From the NCBI GenBank assembly GCA_037447605.1, contig CM074810.1, positions 2,452,880-2,516,879 on the forward strand: 64,000 nt of DNA, written 5' to 3'. Origin of the DNA: Zygnema circumcarinatum SAG 698-1b (taxonomy: Eukaryota; Plantae; Zygnematophyceae). Within the stretch, counting starts at the first letter, position 1. Each line of letters starts with the position of its first letter. Under the pieces are notes generated by a model. It was not told the DNA's origin and searched no databases. It saw only the letters and a list, made by a program, of their open reading frames with translations. Positions 23,332-35,901 of this stretch are shown here, in pieces. Position numbers and translations under genes: made by a program.

Positions 23332-25445
23332 ATTTCCAATACAAAGATGCGCCCCTTTGGGTTGGCTCGTCTGCCGCCACCTTTGATGCATGATGAGCGA
23401 GATGTTCACGGCATGGGCGATGCGTCTTGGTCTACCTGCGATGGCGATGCGGTTTTCGGCCAAGCGAGCGGGACCACTTGACCCAGCGTTAGCAGTAATG
23501 GCATGCGATCTTCGCCGGCACACTTTATCTTGGCTGCAAAGTAATAATGATTCATGCGTATGAGCTTCTCTACCTTGGACATATCCTTGGAAGGACGGCC
23601 TCAAAGCGACACGGGCAAAAGTGCGGCGGTTGACACTTGGAACATTCCTACGGATCTACATAGTGCGTTCCTTCTTGGGCACTTGAGTGGCAGCCGTTGT
23701 TCCAAAAGGATTTGGTAAGCAAGTTACTCCACTTACGGATCTAACCAAATCTGGAGTTCGCTACACCTGGACAGATGAATGTCAGGTGGCGTTTGAGGGA
23801 ACCAAACACGCCCTCAACACCGCACCTACGTTGGTGTTGGCAGACCCTACCAAACCCTATGAGGTGGTTTGCGATGCGTCGGGGTTCGCACTTGGCGCTG
23901 TCCTGTTTCAGGAAGGCCAACCACTGGCTTATGAAAGCCGGAAGATGAACCCGGCTGAACGAAACTACTCGGCGACCAAGCAGGAACTGCTCGTAGTTGT
24001 TCACGCCTTGAGGACATGGCGGAATTTGCTACGGCTATAGGCGGAAGCCGTCACAGCGGTCACGAGACCACGGCCCTTGACCTTCCTCTCCATCCCAACT
24101 GTTGAGACATTATCTAGGCGGCCCGTTGGTCGAGTTCCTCGGAGATTTGGCGCAAATGGGTATATCAGCGGGAAGGTTGAATGTTGCGGTGATCCGTTGA
24201 AGCCGACAGTCCGGTCATCTTGCACAGATGATGCTTCGTCGACCGAGTGTTCCAGGAGGAACAAGCGGTCGGCGAAGGTGGGCGATAACTCACCTTCTCC
24301 CTTCCCAGCGTGTTTAGCCATGGGTGCTAACTTGGCCCGCGATGCGGCCCCTTACCCTCTCTTTGATCTTGACGGATGATTGGAGGGTTATCTTTGAGTG
24401 ATCTATGATGGCGGACGGCCAGGTGGTAGCTATAGGGACGATACTGGCGGCTCCGCAGGATGGGTTTTGGTACGCGACAAGCGGTTAGTGGTACCCAAAT
24501 TATGGAAGCGTAAAACTCATTCTACAAGTGAGATGCGATCCTCCTTCTGAGGGCCACATGGTTGCCAAACCTCAGTGCGGCGGTACTCCGGTGAGTTTTG
24601 GTGGCCGGGACTCCCGACGGATGTGTCGGCATATGTGCTGGCCTGTCCAACCTGTCAACGTAATAAGCCCCGCACTGGCAGGATTCCTGGCCAGCTTCAA
24701 CCACTCACTCCCTTTTATTAGGTGGGAGAGAGCATCGAGGTATGGACCGATCGCAGTTTACGAAACCCCGCGAAGTCCGCGATCTTTATTATGGTGTACC
24801 GGCCGTCTACGACAAGATGGTGCACTTTACTGACACAAGAATCCGTTAGGCGGAGGAAGAGATTGGGCAGCTCGTTGACAAGGTGTAGAGCTTTACGCAT
24901 GGTTTTGCTTGATCCACCATTGTGGGGATCCCGATTTACGGTCATTTTTGAACAGTGGCGAAAAATTATGGGGCACCAAAGCAAAAGCGCTCAGCCGCGG
25001 CTTTTCATCCGCAAACTGATAGCCCAAGCGGAAGGTCGGCGTATTGTGGAAAGATTTTCCTCTTGCGGCATTCACGTGGGATTACGCCCGGGATGGTAGG
25101 ATACTTTGCTCCCATTGGCGGAATCGCCATCAAACAATGCTCATCAAGGAATCAATGTTTTGACCCCTTCTTTGCGAATTTTGGTGAAGCATCCTCCTCC
25201 CACGCGGCCAAAGGGATGCGGCAACCGTCCTCGTGAAGATACGGGAATACGGGCGGTAACCCTTGGGGCTTGAGAGAATTTGGGAGATCACCCACCGATT
25301 CGATCTTTTGTTGACTCATGGTCCGAAGTTGTGGCCGTCGCGGCGGTACTTCTTTGGCGTACGATCACGACAAAAGCTCTATCGCGTCGCAAACGTGGAC
25401 TCGGCTCACGTTCCGGCTAAGCGGACCATGCTGCTTGAAATTACC
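23332..25445 (+). pseudogene. pol: First copy of the chromovirus RT-RH-INT segment (probable assembly duplicate of 26877-28960)
   Basis: Same LTR/ATTTC/RT junction and near-identical DPTKPYEVVCDASGFALGAVLFQEGQPLAYESRK; ends at a 100-N gap. Confidence 0.75.
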
Positions 25446-26876
25446 NNNNNNNNNNNNNNNNNNNNNNNNNNNNNNNNNNNNNNNNNNNNNNNNNNNNNNN
25501 NNNNNNNNNNNNNNNNNNNNNNNNNNNNNNNNNNNNNNNNNNNNNCGAGTACATGGGTGCTTGTCATGCTTCGAAGGAAGGAGTGTGGTTCATGCAGTTC
25601 TTTGAAGAATGCAAGAGGGACCAACGACCGATTACCTTGTTTACCGACAATCAATCGTCGATTGCCCTGGTGGGAAACCCTGTGTTCCACAAGAGGACCA
25701 AGCACATTCGGGTGCAGTACCATTATGTACGAGAGTTGGTCGAGGAGGGCTTGATTGAGGTGAAGTTCGTAGGCACCAAGGAGCAGGCCGCAGATATGCT
25801 AACAAAGGGAGTTAGTGGGGAAACACTATTAGTCAATCTGAGGTTGATTGGAAGCCCGCCAAAGAAAAACCAGAAGTTCCAAAGAGGGGATTGTTAGTGT
25901 ATGATAGTTAGCATGTTTTGTTGGAACATTAGTTTTGTGTGTTTGTGTTGTGTGTTTCCTTGGCGGCGGTGCGCGCCTAAGTTTGTAGGCGGCGGTACGG
26001 ACATTTGGTGGGTGGAAGGCGTGTTGTGGTCGAGAAGTGACGAAGTAGCGGCAGCGGCAGATCGAAAATGAAAGCGTGGCAGCGGGCCCAGCGGTGAGTG
26101 AAAATGTGGCGAATCTGGCGAATGTCGGAAGTGGCGGCCCAGCGGTGTCAACAGGATTGAGCGGTCCGGACTTGGCCAGCGTCGCGGCGTCTGCAAAATC
26201 GTATGCCTTGTTGTCATTATGTGACTGTGTCCGGATGTCGATGGCGTCTTGACGGTAGCGGAGGAGTTTTGGCCCAGCGTCATCAATCCTGAAGCGAGAA
26301 TTGAGATCTACGGCAAGGCGTGGATTAGCTTAAGCGTGGGATCGTGACGTGCGAGGATAAAGTGTGGCGGCGAAGTCCGGCCAGCGCGGGGATGGTCGGG
26401 GATAGGGCCCGCTAGAATGTCCGCTAGCCGATGTTGTGAGCTTCGTTGTATGGTAGTGTCACGGATGTTGTGACATAGTATATAGTGTGTTGTTTTGTTT
26501 GGTTGTTAATCTTTAACTTCTGATTATCAACGTAGCTATTGTAGACTCTGAGTTGCTGATGCTCGTGTTGCTGAACATTACACTTGCTTGTCTTTGCAGT
26601 CTTGGGCTTTTTGAGTTTATTGGGCTATTTGAGAGGGGGTCTCATTTTGTGTTGATAAGATTATTATTAAGGAGTTTTAGAGCCGAGAGCTTTCTCCTAT
26701 CCTTTTCTCTCTGTTATTCCGCTGTGCATATTCTGAGAGGTTCACTCTGTGAGTAAAATGGGCTATGAGTGAATGTGAGAGTTTGGGAAATGTCATCATC
26801 GATTGGAACGCGAACTCCGATGGAAGGTGATGCGAGTGGAGAAGCCGGCAGCAGTGGAGGAGTCCCTCCACCAACA

Positions 26877-29566
26877 ATTTCCAATACAAGGTACTGCCCT
26901 TTGGGTTGACAAATGCACCGGCCACCTTTCAGTCTGTGATGAACGAGATGTTCACCGGCATGGACGATTACGTCTTGAGATGCTACCGATGACGATACGG
27001 TTTTCAGCAAAAGCGAGCGGGACGCTTATTGCGGGTGCGCCAGTAATGCTGTCGTCTTCACGCCCGGCTGACACACTTTTATCGCGAAACGCAAGTAATG
27101 TCGATTCATACTGGTAGCGAAACTACTCTACCTTGGACATATCCTTGGAGAGGACGGCCTCAAGCCTGACCCGGGCAAAATTGCGGCGGTTGACACTTGG
27201 GCTGTTCCTACGGATCTGCATCAGTTGCGTTCCTTCTTGGGCTTTGCCAATTATTTTCGTAAGTTCATTCAAGGATTTAGTAAGCAAGTTACTCCACTTA
27301 CGGATCTAACCAAATCTGGAGTTCGCTACACCTGGACAGATGAATGTCAGGTGGCGTTTGAGGGAACCAAACACGCCCTCAACACCGCACCTACGTTGGT
27401 GTTGGCAGACCCTACCAAACCCTATGAGGTGGTTTGCGATGCGTCGGGGTTCGCACTTGGCGCTGTCCTGTTTCAGGAAGGCCAACCACTGGCTTATGAA
27501 AGCCGGAAGATGAACCCGGCCGAATCTAAACTACTTCGGCGACCAAGCAGAATCAAGCCAGAGTTGTTCACGCTTCTTTGAGGACATGGCGCTAAGTATT
27601 TGGAGGGGCTGCCGCCACGCTGGGTCAGCTGCACTTCAATCGCCCTGACCTTCCTCTCCTCCCCCAAATGCATATTATCTAGGGCGCAGCCCGCTGGGTC
27701 CGAGTTCCTCCGTGAGATTTGACCGCAAATGGGTATACTCAGCCAGAAGGTTGAATGTTGCCGCATCCGCTGAGCGTACGTACCCGGGCCATCTTGCCCG
27801 ATGGTGCCGCCGACCCGAAAGTGTTGGAGGAACAAAGCGGTCGAGAAGGTGGGCCGGCCAACTCACCTTCTCCCTTCCCAACGTGTTTAGCCATAGATAC
27901 CCCAACCAGCGCCACGGTCGACCCCCCTACCCTCTCTGATCTTAGACAGATGATTCAGAGGGTTACACATGCCAGGATCCTATGTTCCTGGACTACTGTG
28001 GTATGGGCTATGGGAGGGACAAAGTGCCGCGCCCACGTATGGGTTTTGCACCGCCACGCGCATCGCATTCCGCGTGGAACTGCACGGCAGCTCATTCTAA
28101 GTGAGATGTACCATCCCTCCTTACAGGGCTGATGGTGCTTTTCGCTAAAACCCTCCTCGCGGGCGCGAGATCTTCGTGAGTTTTGGTGGTCGCGTGACTC
28201 ACTTAATGATGTAAGCCTGTGCATATGTGCTCACTGGCCCAACCTGCCAATGTGATAAGCCCCGCGACCGGGTGATTCCCGCCAACCACCTTCACTCCCC
28301 TTTCAGAAGTGGGAGAGCACGGTATGGATCTCATCAGGATTAACGTGTCCTACCTGGTCACGATGCTATTATGGTGTCAATCGCTCTCAGCCAAGATGGT
28401 GCACTTTTGCAATCAATTCTAAGTCCGCTTGGGGCTAAGAGGTGGCGCTTCTACGCTGACAAGGTGTCGAGCTTGCATGGTTTTCAGTCCACCATTGTTT
28501 CTGACAGAGATCCCCGATTTACCGGTCATTTTTGGACTGAAATTGTGAAAATTGTGGGCACCAAGCAAGCGCTCAGCACAGCTTTTCATCCGCAAACTGA
28601 TGGCCAAACGGAGAGGGTCAACCGTATTGTGGAAGATTTTCCTGCGGCATTACGTGGGACCCACGCCGGATGAGTGGGATACTTTGCTCCCATTGGCGGA
28701 ATACGCCATCAACAATGCTCATCAAGAATCAATCGGTACGACCCCCTTCTTTCTGAATTTTGGTCAGCATCCTCTAAATCCCCTGCAGCCAAGGGATCAG
28801 CAACCGTCCTCGTGGAATGTGGGCATCCACCGGGACGACGACCCTTGGGGCTTGAGAGGAGCCGGGGATCACCCACCGCTAGATCTTTTGTTCACTCATG
28901 TCCGGTTGTGCGCAAATAAGGCAGCAGTAATCGCCGGGCAAAGACAAATAATGCATTAAAGCTCTATGCTGACGCGAAATCCACTCGCCCTCACGCCCGT
29001 ACCTAGGGCGGATTTGCCGCCGAAAGCACCGCTAACCCCGCGATCGGCGGCTTACTGGGAACCTGTAGTTGTGGCCACGGTTCATCGGACCATTCAAGGT
29101 CTTGAGCCGCATTGGCGAAGTCGCTTACAAGTTGGCTTTACCTGCTCACATGAAGATACATCCGGTGTTTCATGTGAGTCTGCTAAAGCGCTACTTGAGT
29201 GACGGGAGGGTCCAGCCACCTCCACCCCCAGTGGATATTGAAGGCGACCTCGAGTACGAGGTCAAGTCCATTCAAACCCACCGAACCGTGAAAAGGGGTC
29301 AGACCTCCCGCCTCGTGAAGTGGTTGGGCTATGGGGTTGAACATAGCACGTGGGAGAAAGAAGGCAATTTGACCCATTGCCAAGAGCTCTTGAACTTGTA
29401 TTGGGAGGCGCAAGCCTCTGGTGAGCGGGCACGGACTGCACGGGGCGTCCCTGTGCAGCCCGCGCGCAACTCGGAAAGGGACTTGACCGGGGTTGTCGCC
29501 ACGCCCTCCCGGACCTCACGCAGACTTCGGCGGAAACCGTTGAGGCTGCGGGCTGCTTTGTCTTAA
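26877..29566 (+). pseudogene. pol: Chromovirus RT-RNaseH-integrase-chromodomain
   Basis: RSFLGFANYFRKFI; VCDASGFALGAVL; IVSDRDPRFT...STAFHPQTDGQTERVNR; GPFKVL...HPVFHVSLLK; chromodomain EYEVKSI...VKWLGYGVEHSTWEKEGNL. Confidence 0.9.
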
Positions 29567-29614
29567 GTCTTCTCCCGTGACGAGGACGTCACGATCTTTT
29601 TCGGGGGGGAGCAA

Positions 29615-30746
29615 TGTAGCGAACGCCATAGCCACCGGCGCTTACGCCGCTACCTCGGAGATCTCCGCACGTTTGTCCAGACGATCGCCGGGCCCCATCG
29701 AGATCGGACTGCCGTGGGGACCGACATACTAGACCGCGGCGCATGGATGCGCCGCTTTTCGGAAGGGCGCCGCTGGTGTCAATGCTGTCGCATATGCGCG
29801 CTGCCGTGATAGGCCAACTCGCTTCTCGGGTAAAGCCGCTCAGAGCTTGGTGCCGGGTGAGAGGAAGAGAAGGAGGGAGCGCGGAGCTCACTGCCGTACA
29901 AAGAGCTCGGATGGTTCTCCGGCGCAGCCCCTTAAGCTCCCCGCTGAACCCCTACCAAAGATGGGAGGACCGGAGCGGACTGCTCCAATCGTGAGCCCTC
30001 GCCACAGGTATGAGGATCCCAGCCGAAGCTATCGGCTAGCGACAAGCCCCGTCTCGCCGCGATCTTCACGGGCGCGCGAGCGCGGGCAACAGCAAGTACA
30101 AGACGGCCAGGTCCGACAGAAGTCGACTGCCACCGCCCCGGCATGCTATACCTGACGCAGCATTTCGTTGCAAAGATGCCACCGCGATTCGCTGGTCGCC
30201 GCCACAGGCGGGCGTACGACGGCGGCTACAGCGGTCAGGGATTCTCCGTCATGGATCTCGTGATAGTCGGTGCGCCGCATCGACCCACGGGCCGACCGCG
30301 ACGATCCAAAAGAGATCCTTTGGGTTCGGGCCACAGCCCAAGACCAGAGGTCTCTAAGTAGGCCCTAACCCATCCGCCTAGGCCGAGATGAAGGGATAGT
30401 CATAGTATCACTATGAGTACGCCTCCAGGGTCACGCTGTAGCGTTACGCTACACGTATGCGCGCGTCGTATATGCGGCGACGTCGAACCTCGCGCGACGG
30501 CTCCGGGCCGAGCGCTGACATATATTCCACGTGGAGATCCGCCACGGGCCACACCAGCCACGCGGCGTCTCGCCAGTGGTGGGCCCTGCTTCCGGTCCCT
30601 CATGCTGGTAGAGGGTTCGACGGGGGAAGCGTATAGGGGCGGGGGCGAATGCAATGGCATTCAACCCGAAAACCGGCTTCTCTCTTCCGCTACCTCCCAC
30701 GCTTCCTCGCTGACTCGCCAGACCAGTTCCCCGACCTTTCATTACA
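29615..30746 (+). repeat. 3' LTR of the chromovirus, ~630 bp longer than the 5' LTR
   Basis: Starts TGTAGCGAACGCC after the PPT, ends TTTCATTACA before CAAAA; the extra segment is ~29810-30453. Confidence 0.88.
29810..30453 (-). mobile_element. Probable solo LTR of a related family inserted in reverse into the 3' LTR
   Basis: Minus-strand start TGTAGCGTAACGCTACAGCG versus host TGTAGCGAAACGCTACAGCC; left boundary lies in noisy sequence. Confidence 0.5.
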
Positions 30747-32673
30747 CAAAAACCCAATTGCTCGGAAACTTGGTAGATCCAATCCTAAGCTCTTTATTTC
30801 CTTTTCCATCCATCATTAATTACTCCAATTATCACTTTAGAATCCATCATAGTCTTGAAATTTCCTCACAAAAACTCTATTCCAAATCATAACCTCTAAA
30901 ATTCTAGGTGTAGTCACAAAAAAAAAACTGAAATAGGAACTAAAATTAGAAATGAAATGAAAAATGGTCTCACTCCCTTAGGAGTTTTAGGCTGAACAAG
31001 ACAGCTATAGAAGTGATGCAAACTACTCAAAGAGACCCTCGAAGAGCGGTCAAACTATCAAACTGTTTGCAGTGAAGAATGCCTTCCAATGAAAAGTCTG
31101 TCAACCTCCTTTGAAACTCGTCTTTCTCCCATCCAATTACTGAAAAATCAAACTCGACGGTAGCAGTGTTGGGAAATAATGAACGTCCGTACGTGCACGG
31201 TTTCGTCCGTACAGTCCATATTTACATGTTTTTACAAAACCAAGTTAGGGGACAGTCCCCTATCTTAAGCCGAAATCCCCTATTTGAAGAGGCCTGGTCA
31301 TGTGGGTAGGTGTGTACGAACCCTCGTGAGCATGTGTACGGACAAGTTGATATGTACGGTCAAGTCGATATCTGACAGTATTATTCGATAATGTGTACGG
31401 TCGTAAATATATTTGTAACGCATATTCCAATACGTGGGTGGATAATATCGACATTTTGAACATATAGTAACAATTAGGGCTTTTCAGCGTCGTTATATCC
31501 GTAATGGCGTCACTACTGGCGCAGGATCTGCAGTGGTGCAATTCCGTTCCCGGAAAAAAAGTCAGTATATCCATGCTGTTCTTATAAACAGTGTCACTAT
31601 AACGTGATTAGACTGTAGTCAAACGTTAAGAGCACGCTATTCGTATCTCCTACAGCCAATGCCGACGTGTCACCTGGTGCTACTCAATTGGTCATCATAA
31701 AATGCAGTCACTCAGCCTATCTAGACGCACAGCCTTTCGCGGATATTTGAGAAAATTTTATGGGCAAAGAGCACCCATTTAACGCTACAGCCACACCGAA
31801 TGGATCGCAAAGGCCACCACTTAGAGCCAGACGACTAATCAGGAGCCACCGACCACTTTTACCTTTCATTGCGGTATAAATATCGCGTTATTGACGGCGT
31901 ATCGGTAACGATGGCCAGACATTGTCGGTGTCGCTGCCGGCGCTCTCACTTCCTGCCGGCCGTCTGCCGCCCGGAGTTGATGAACGAGCTGGTGCGTAAA
32001 CAAAACATCGTCCGTACAACGCAACTGCGAAACCACAGGGAGCCCCTATGGGCGACGCCTAGACATGTTATTGTTGATCGCACGATGTCAACATTGTTCT
32101 TCATACTCTGTTCACTGTTCACATTAGACCTATAGACATTTGTGGGGCTATATGCCCCTATGCCCCTAAACCCCGAAACCCCCCCAAGTGGACGGGAGGG
32201 CATCTGGATGTATGGAGGGTTCAGAGCTTTAGAGAGAAAAATTCAGTCAAACCAAACTCTGGCAGTCCACAATTAACGCAACTGCTTCCGTAACAATGCC
32301 GCACATGTGACTCCCATTCCCTCCCTAGGCCCGGCCTGTGCCTGTTCGCATCTCCACATCCCAAAATACCCAAATCTGTACAGATGTGCCTCTACCCTGC
32401 AGCAAACCGCAAACGGAAACGTCAACTACTCAAGTTCATGGAGTCTTGAGGGTTTGTAGAATGGATCTCTCTCTCCCTCACTCTCCTCCCTCCTCTCCCC
32501 TCCTCTCTCTCCTTCCTCCCTCTCTCTCTCTCTCGCTCTCTCTCACTCACCCCCTCTCGCGTGCTTACTAGTCCTCTCTTTCATTCATGCGCACATCTCT
32601 CTCCTCTTCATCATCACTGCTTTCAGGTTGAACGAGAAGGTCTCCCCCTTCCCTCATGAAGATTAAGTTGAAG

Positions 32674-35393
32674 TTACTGAAAACGTTGAGTTAATTCATT
32701 CGAACACTGTAGTGTACCAAGCGACCTGTTTCCAGTTCCTCCGTTTCCGTTGAACCGAAGGATGAACTGCCGACAGTCCTCTGTCAGGTCGAACTGAAAC
32801 TGAGGCAGAGGTCGCCCAAGTGCTCGGACTTGGCAGATGCTGCCCAAGTAGAGAGAGAGAGAGAGAGAGAACGAGAGAGAGAGAGAGAGATAGAGAGAAA
32901 GAGAGAGAGAGAGAGTAAGCGAGATAGAGAAGAAAAAATATATTAAATATGGAAGAAAGTGCCGAGATTAGAGCAATTAGGATTTTTTGTAAGTTGCAAA
33001 GCATACAGCTTTAGGGTTCTCCCGCCAATCGTTTTCAAGGCTTTGACATTTCAGGTATTGTTTGAGCAGCCTTAGAGCGGTTATCAAATTTATGATTAAG
33101 CAAAATAAATAGTAGGATATATAATGTGCTTACCAAATATAATACCGGCCGTTAGAGTCCTTTTGAACGCCTCCGAGCAGCTCCACTTGTACGATCCCTC
33201 CAATGCATAGAACCGGTTGGGGCAACGGAAACCGTTGAAGGACGTCCGCCTTTAAACGGAGAGCATGGAAACCAAAGGAGCATGTCAGGTCGACCAACTC
33301 GTCGAAAAAAAATCACAGAAATGGAAAATGATTTTTTTGATGAATTTGACCTAAAACTGACCTTTTCCATGGGGTAAATCGGAGATTCGTAGGTCCATTC
33401 ATAACAGGTCAAAGGGTTATCGAGATATCGAGCAGATATCGATCTATGCCGTTCAGTTGCGTTGCGCACCGTCCTGTTCCAGTCCTTGCATGGAACGTAT
33501 CCCAAACGAAACCTCACAGAATTGGCAAGAAAGATCGGCTCGCCCCATTGAGAATAATCTGCATTGAAAAATGAAGTAAGGGATCAAATATGATAATTGA
33601 AATTACTGATATCGCCGTACGATTCAGAGTGACGAGAGAGATATACAAACTGAGACAGGAGGGGTAGAGAGAGTGGGAGAGAGAGAGAGAGATTGAGAGA
33701 GAGAGAGGGGGGGGGGGGAAGGAAGGATGTACCTTCAAAAGGCCGCACCATCATCTCATGTACCTGTAGAGGAAAACGAGGAGAAGCAAAAAACAGGGAG
33801 AGAAGAGAGAACGAGAAAGAAAGAGAGGGGGGAAGAAGGAGAGGGAGAGGGAGACAGAGAGGGAGTGGGGGGAAAAAAGTGAACAAAAGGCTCGACTCGC
33901 GCTCAGACCTGATAGTGAGAATGACAGATTTTGCCTTAAAGTTCTTATCATTAGGGTCATGGTATCAGAGAAGATTCGGCTTAAGGTCATGATCAATACA
34001 AGAAGTAAAACGGATTAACTTTAAGTCTAGGTTTAAGGTTACATTGAGCTTGATACTTAAGTTTGATAATTACTTACTTATTGGGATTGAATCTAACTTG
34101 AACTTATCATCCGAATTAGGGTTAGGGTTAGGGTTGGCATCACTCTCTCAAAATACCCCAGAACTGCACCAAGAACGCCAAAAAACTGGAAACTGGAAAC
34201 CACTCTAAAATAAAATAACCCAAACTCCATAAACTCCTGAAACCAAAAATGGAAACCCACAACATTGAGAAACCCGAAGTTTGACCCAAATAGACTCACC
34301 AAACAGACTCGATTTTCGAGTTCATATGTCAACGTTTCTGCGTGCTCCGAATCGTTGTACCCTATGCTCGACCAAAGAGAGCCCGGCCTTGTAGGCAGTA
34401 ACGTCTCCATTATTTCCCGAAAATCTTCATCCGTACTGGACTCATGTAACCCGTATTGGATATAGTTTGCCGTTGCCTGCGGCGGAGCGACTAACTGCCA
34501 CGCAAGCGCAGCGAACCCCTGCGATTCCATCCTTAATTTCTCAAAGAGAAGGTCCTGAGAGCTTCGAGAAGAGGATGAAGAAGAAGAAGAAGAGGAAGAA
34601 GAAGAGCCGAGAGGGGCATGGTTGGAGGGGGAAAGGGCGAGGGAGGGAGGGGACTGGAAGCCGATCACTCTGTTGAGGGCGTCGGCAGAGCACAACCTCA
34701 TGCAGAGAGACCTCCAGAGCTGTCTCTCTTGTCCTGCAATTCAGACAGGGAGATGAAAAATTCGGGTCAGGTTTCCCTCTCGCTCTCCCCCTCCCCCCCT
34801 CTCTCTCTCTAATTATCTCTCTCTGCCGCTCTCACTCTCACTCTCTCACTTTCGAGCCTCTACCTCATTCCTATATCCATCAGCAATCTCTCCCCTCCCC
34901 GCTTTCCCCTTCTCTCAATCATTCTGCCCTCGCCCCCACTCGCACCCCTTGCCCCCATGCTTCCTTTCTCTCCCACTTCCCCTTCTCAACCATCCCTCCC
35001 ACTACCCATACCTCTCCCTCTTCCCCACCCTCCTCTCGTTTCCTCCCTCCACCCCCCCCTCCCTCCCCCCTACCCCGGCTCTCCTTCCCTCCCTCCCTCC
35101 TTGCCCCTCCCTCCGTCCCTCCCTCCCTCCCTCCCTCCCCCCCTCCCTTCCTCCCNNNNNNNNNNCTCCCTCCCTCCCTCACCGAGTGCGAAGCACCGCC
35201 AGCAGACGGTCATGGCGGCGGCGAGGTCGCGCGGATGCGACAGCATCGCCAGCACTTTTAAAAGTGCTCCGTCGTCCAGGGCGTGGAAGCGGTCCTCTCC
35301 CTCTCCCTCTGCCTTTTCCTCAACGTCTCCCTCCCTCTCTCCCTTTCCATCTCCCGGATCCCTCTCCCTCTCTCTGTGCCCCTCCACCTCCAT
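32674..35393 (-). CDS. At4g00755-like F-box protein, copy C
   Basis: Six exons in frame: 35393-35183, 34733-34300, 33763-33733, 33558-33362, 33249-33134, 32839-32674. Motifs [90 protein letters not shown] match the plant At4g00755 family. Confidence 0.82.
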
Positions 35394-35639
35394 GGGTTGA
35401 GAGCTCCTCTTCGCTGAGCCAGCAAGGTTTTGCAGAGAGCGCTGAACCTTCTCTTGCAGAGAGAGAAGCTCTGAGATGCCAAGGAAGAAAAATGCCTCAA
35501 TCTCCCTCCCCCTCCTCTCCCTCCCTTTCCTTTCCCTCCCTTTCCTCTCCCTCCTTTCCCCTCTCTCTCCCTCCCTACCTTTCCTCTCCGTCCCACTTTC
35601 TCTCCCTATGACGAAAAACGGAAACCTCACAAGCCCAAA

Positions 35640-35901
35640 GGCGGGAACTGACCCACAACAAAATTTCAACCGTACCGACCGTAAGGCGGCCCGCCTTGCG
35701 CGCGACACGTGGCAAGCGCCGAGGAGCTGCTCACGTGGCTGCGGGCGACCACGTGGTACGCCACGTCACTAGAATGGATTCGAGTGGAGGGCCTATCAGG
35801 AGTGCCACGTGGCGAATTTATGCCACGCGGCGAGATCTGAGAGGTGTTTGCCATCTGGCGCCACGTGGTAGGAAGAGCCCTCCTTTCGCGTCGTCGGACA
35901 T
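35640..35901 (-). pseudogene. Frameshifted remnant of the 5' end (F-box) of an F-box/Kelch gene
   Basis: MSDD... start, DVAYHVVA / ACHVSRARRAALRSVRL homologous to 7615-7430; stop and frameshift present. Confidence 0.65.

Larger units (their letters stand above)
12625..26876 (+). mobile_element. Ty1/copia LTR retrotransposon inserted into the chromovirus RT
   Basis: TSD ATTTC at 12620-12624 and 26877-26881 (also 23332-23336); host RT resumes GHF|QYKVLPFGLTNAPATFQ. 5' LTR split (12625-12648 + ~17039-18025); 3' LTR 22336-23331 and again 25892-26876. Confidence 0.88.
9425..30746 (+). mobile_element. Ty3/gypsy chromovirus LTR retrotransposon (outer LTR element of the nest)
   Basis: TG...CA LTRs 9425-9927 and 29615-30746; 5-bp TSD CAAAA (9420-9424, 30747-30751); PBS TGGTATCAGAGC 9929-9940; PPT before 29615; order gag-PR-RT-RH-INT-chromodomain. 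Confidence 0.93.
8933..31614. mobile_element. Putative non-autonomous DNA transposon with 22-bp TIRs, hosting the LTR nest
   Basis: AGTCTAATCACGTTATAGTGAC (8933-8954) is the exact reverse complement of 31593-31614. The right end reads ...GACTG+TA (Tc1/mariner-like); the left TSD is not clean; no transposase seen. Confidence 0.5.

Noticed and set aside
33880-33908. Apparent mini-exon with an in-frame TGA (GTC TGA..RVEPF) suggesting genes C/D are pseudogenes or use readthrough
   Set aside because: A better 31-nt exon (VHEMMVRPFE) with canonical sites and correct phases exists at 33763-33733 and 39216-39186.
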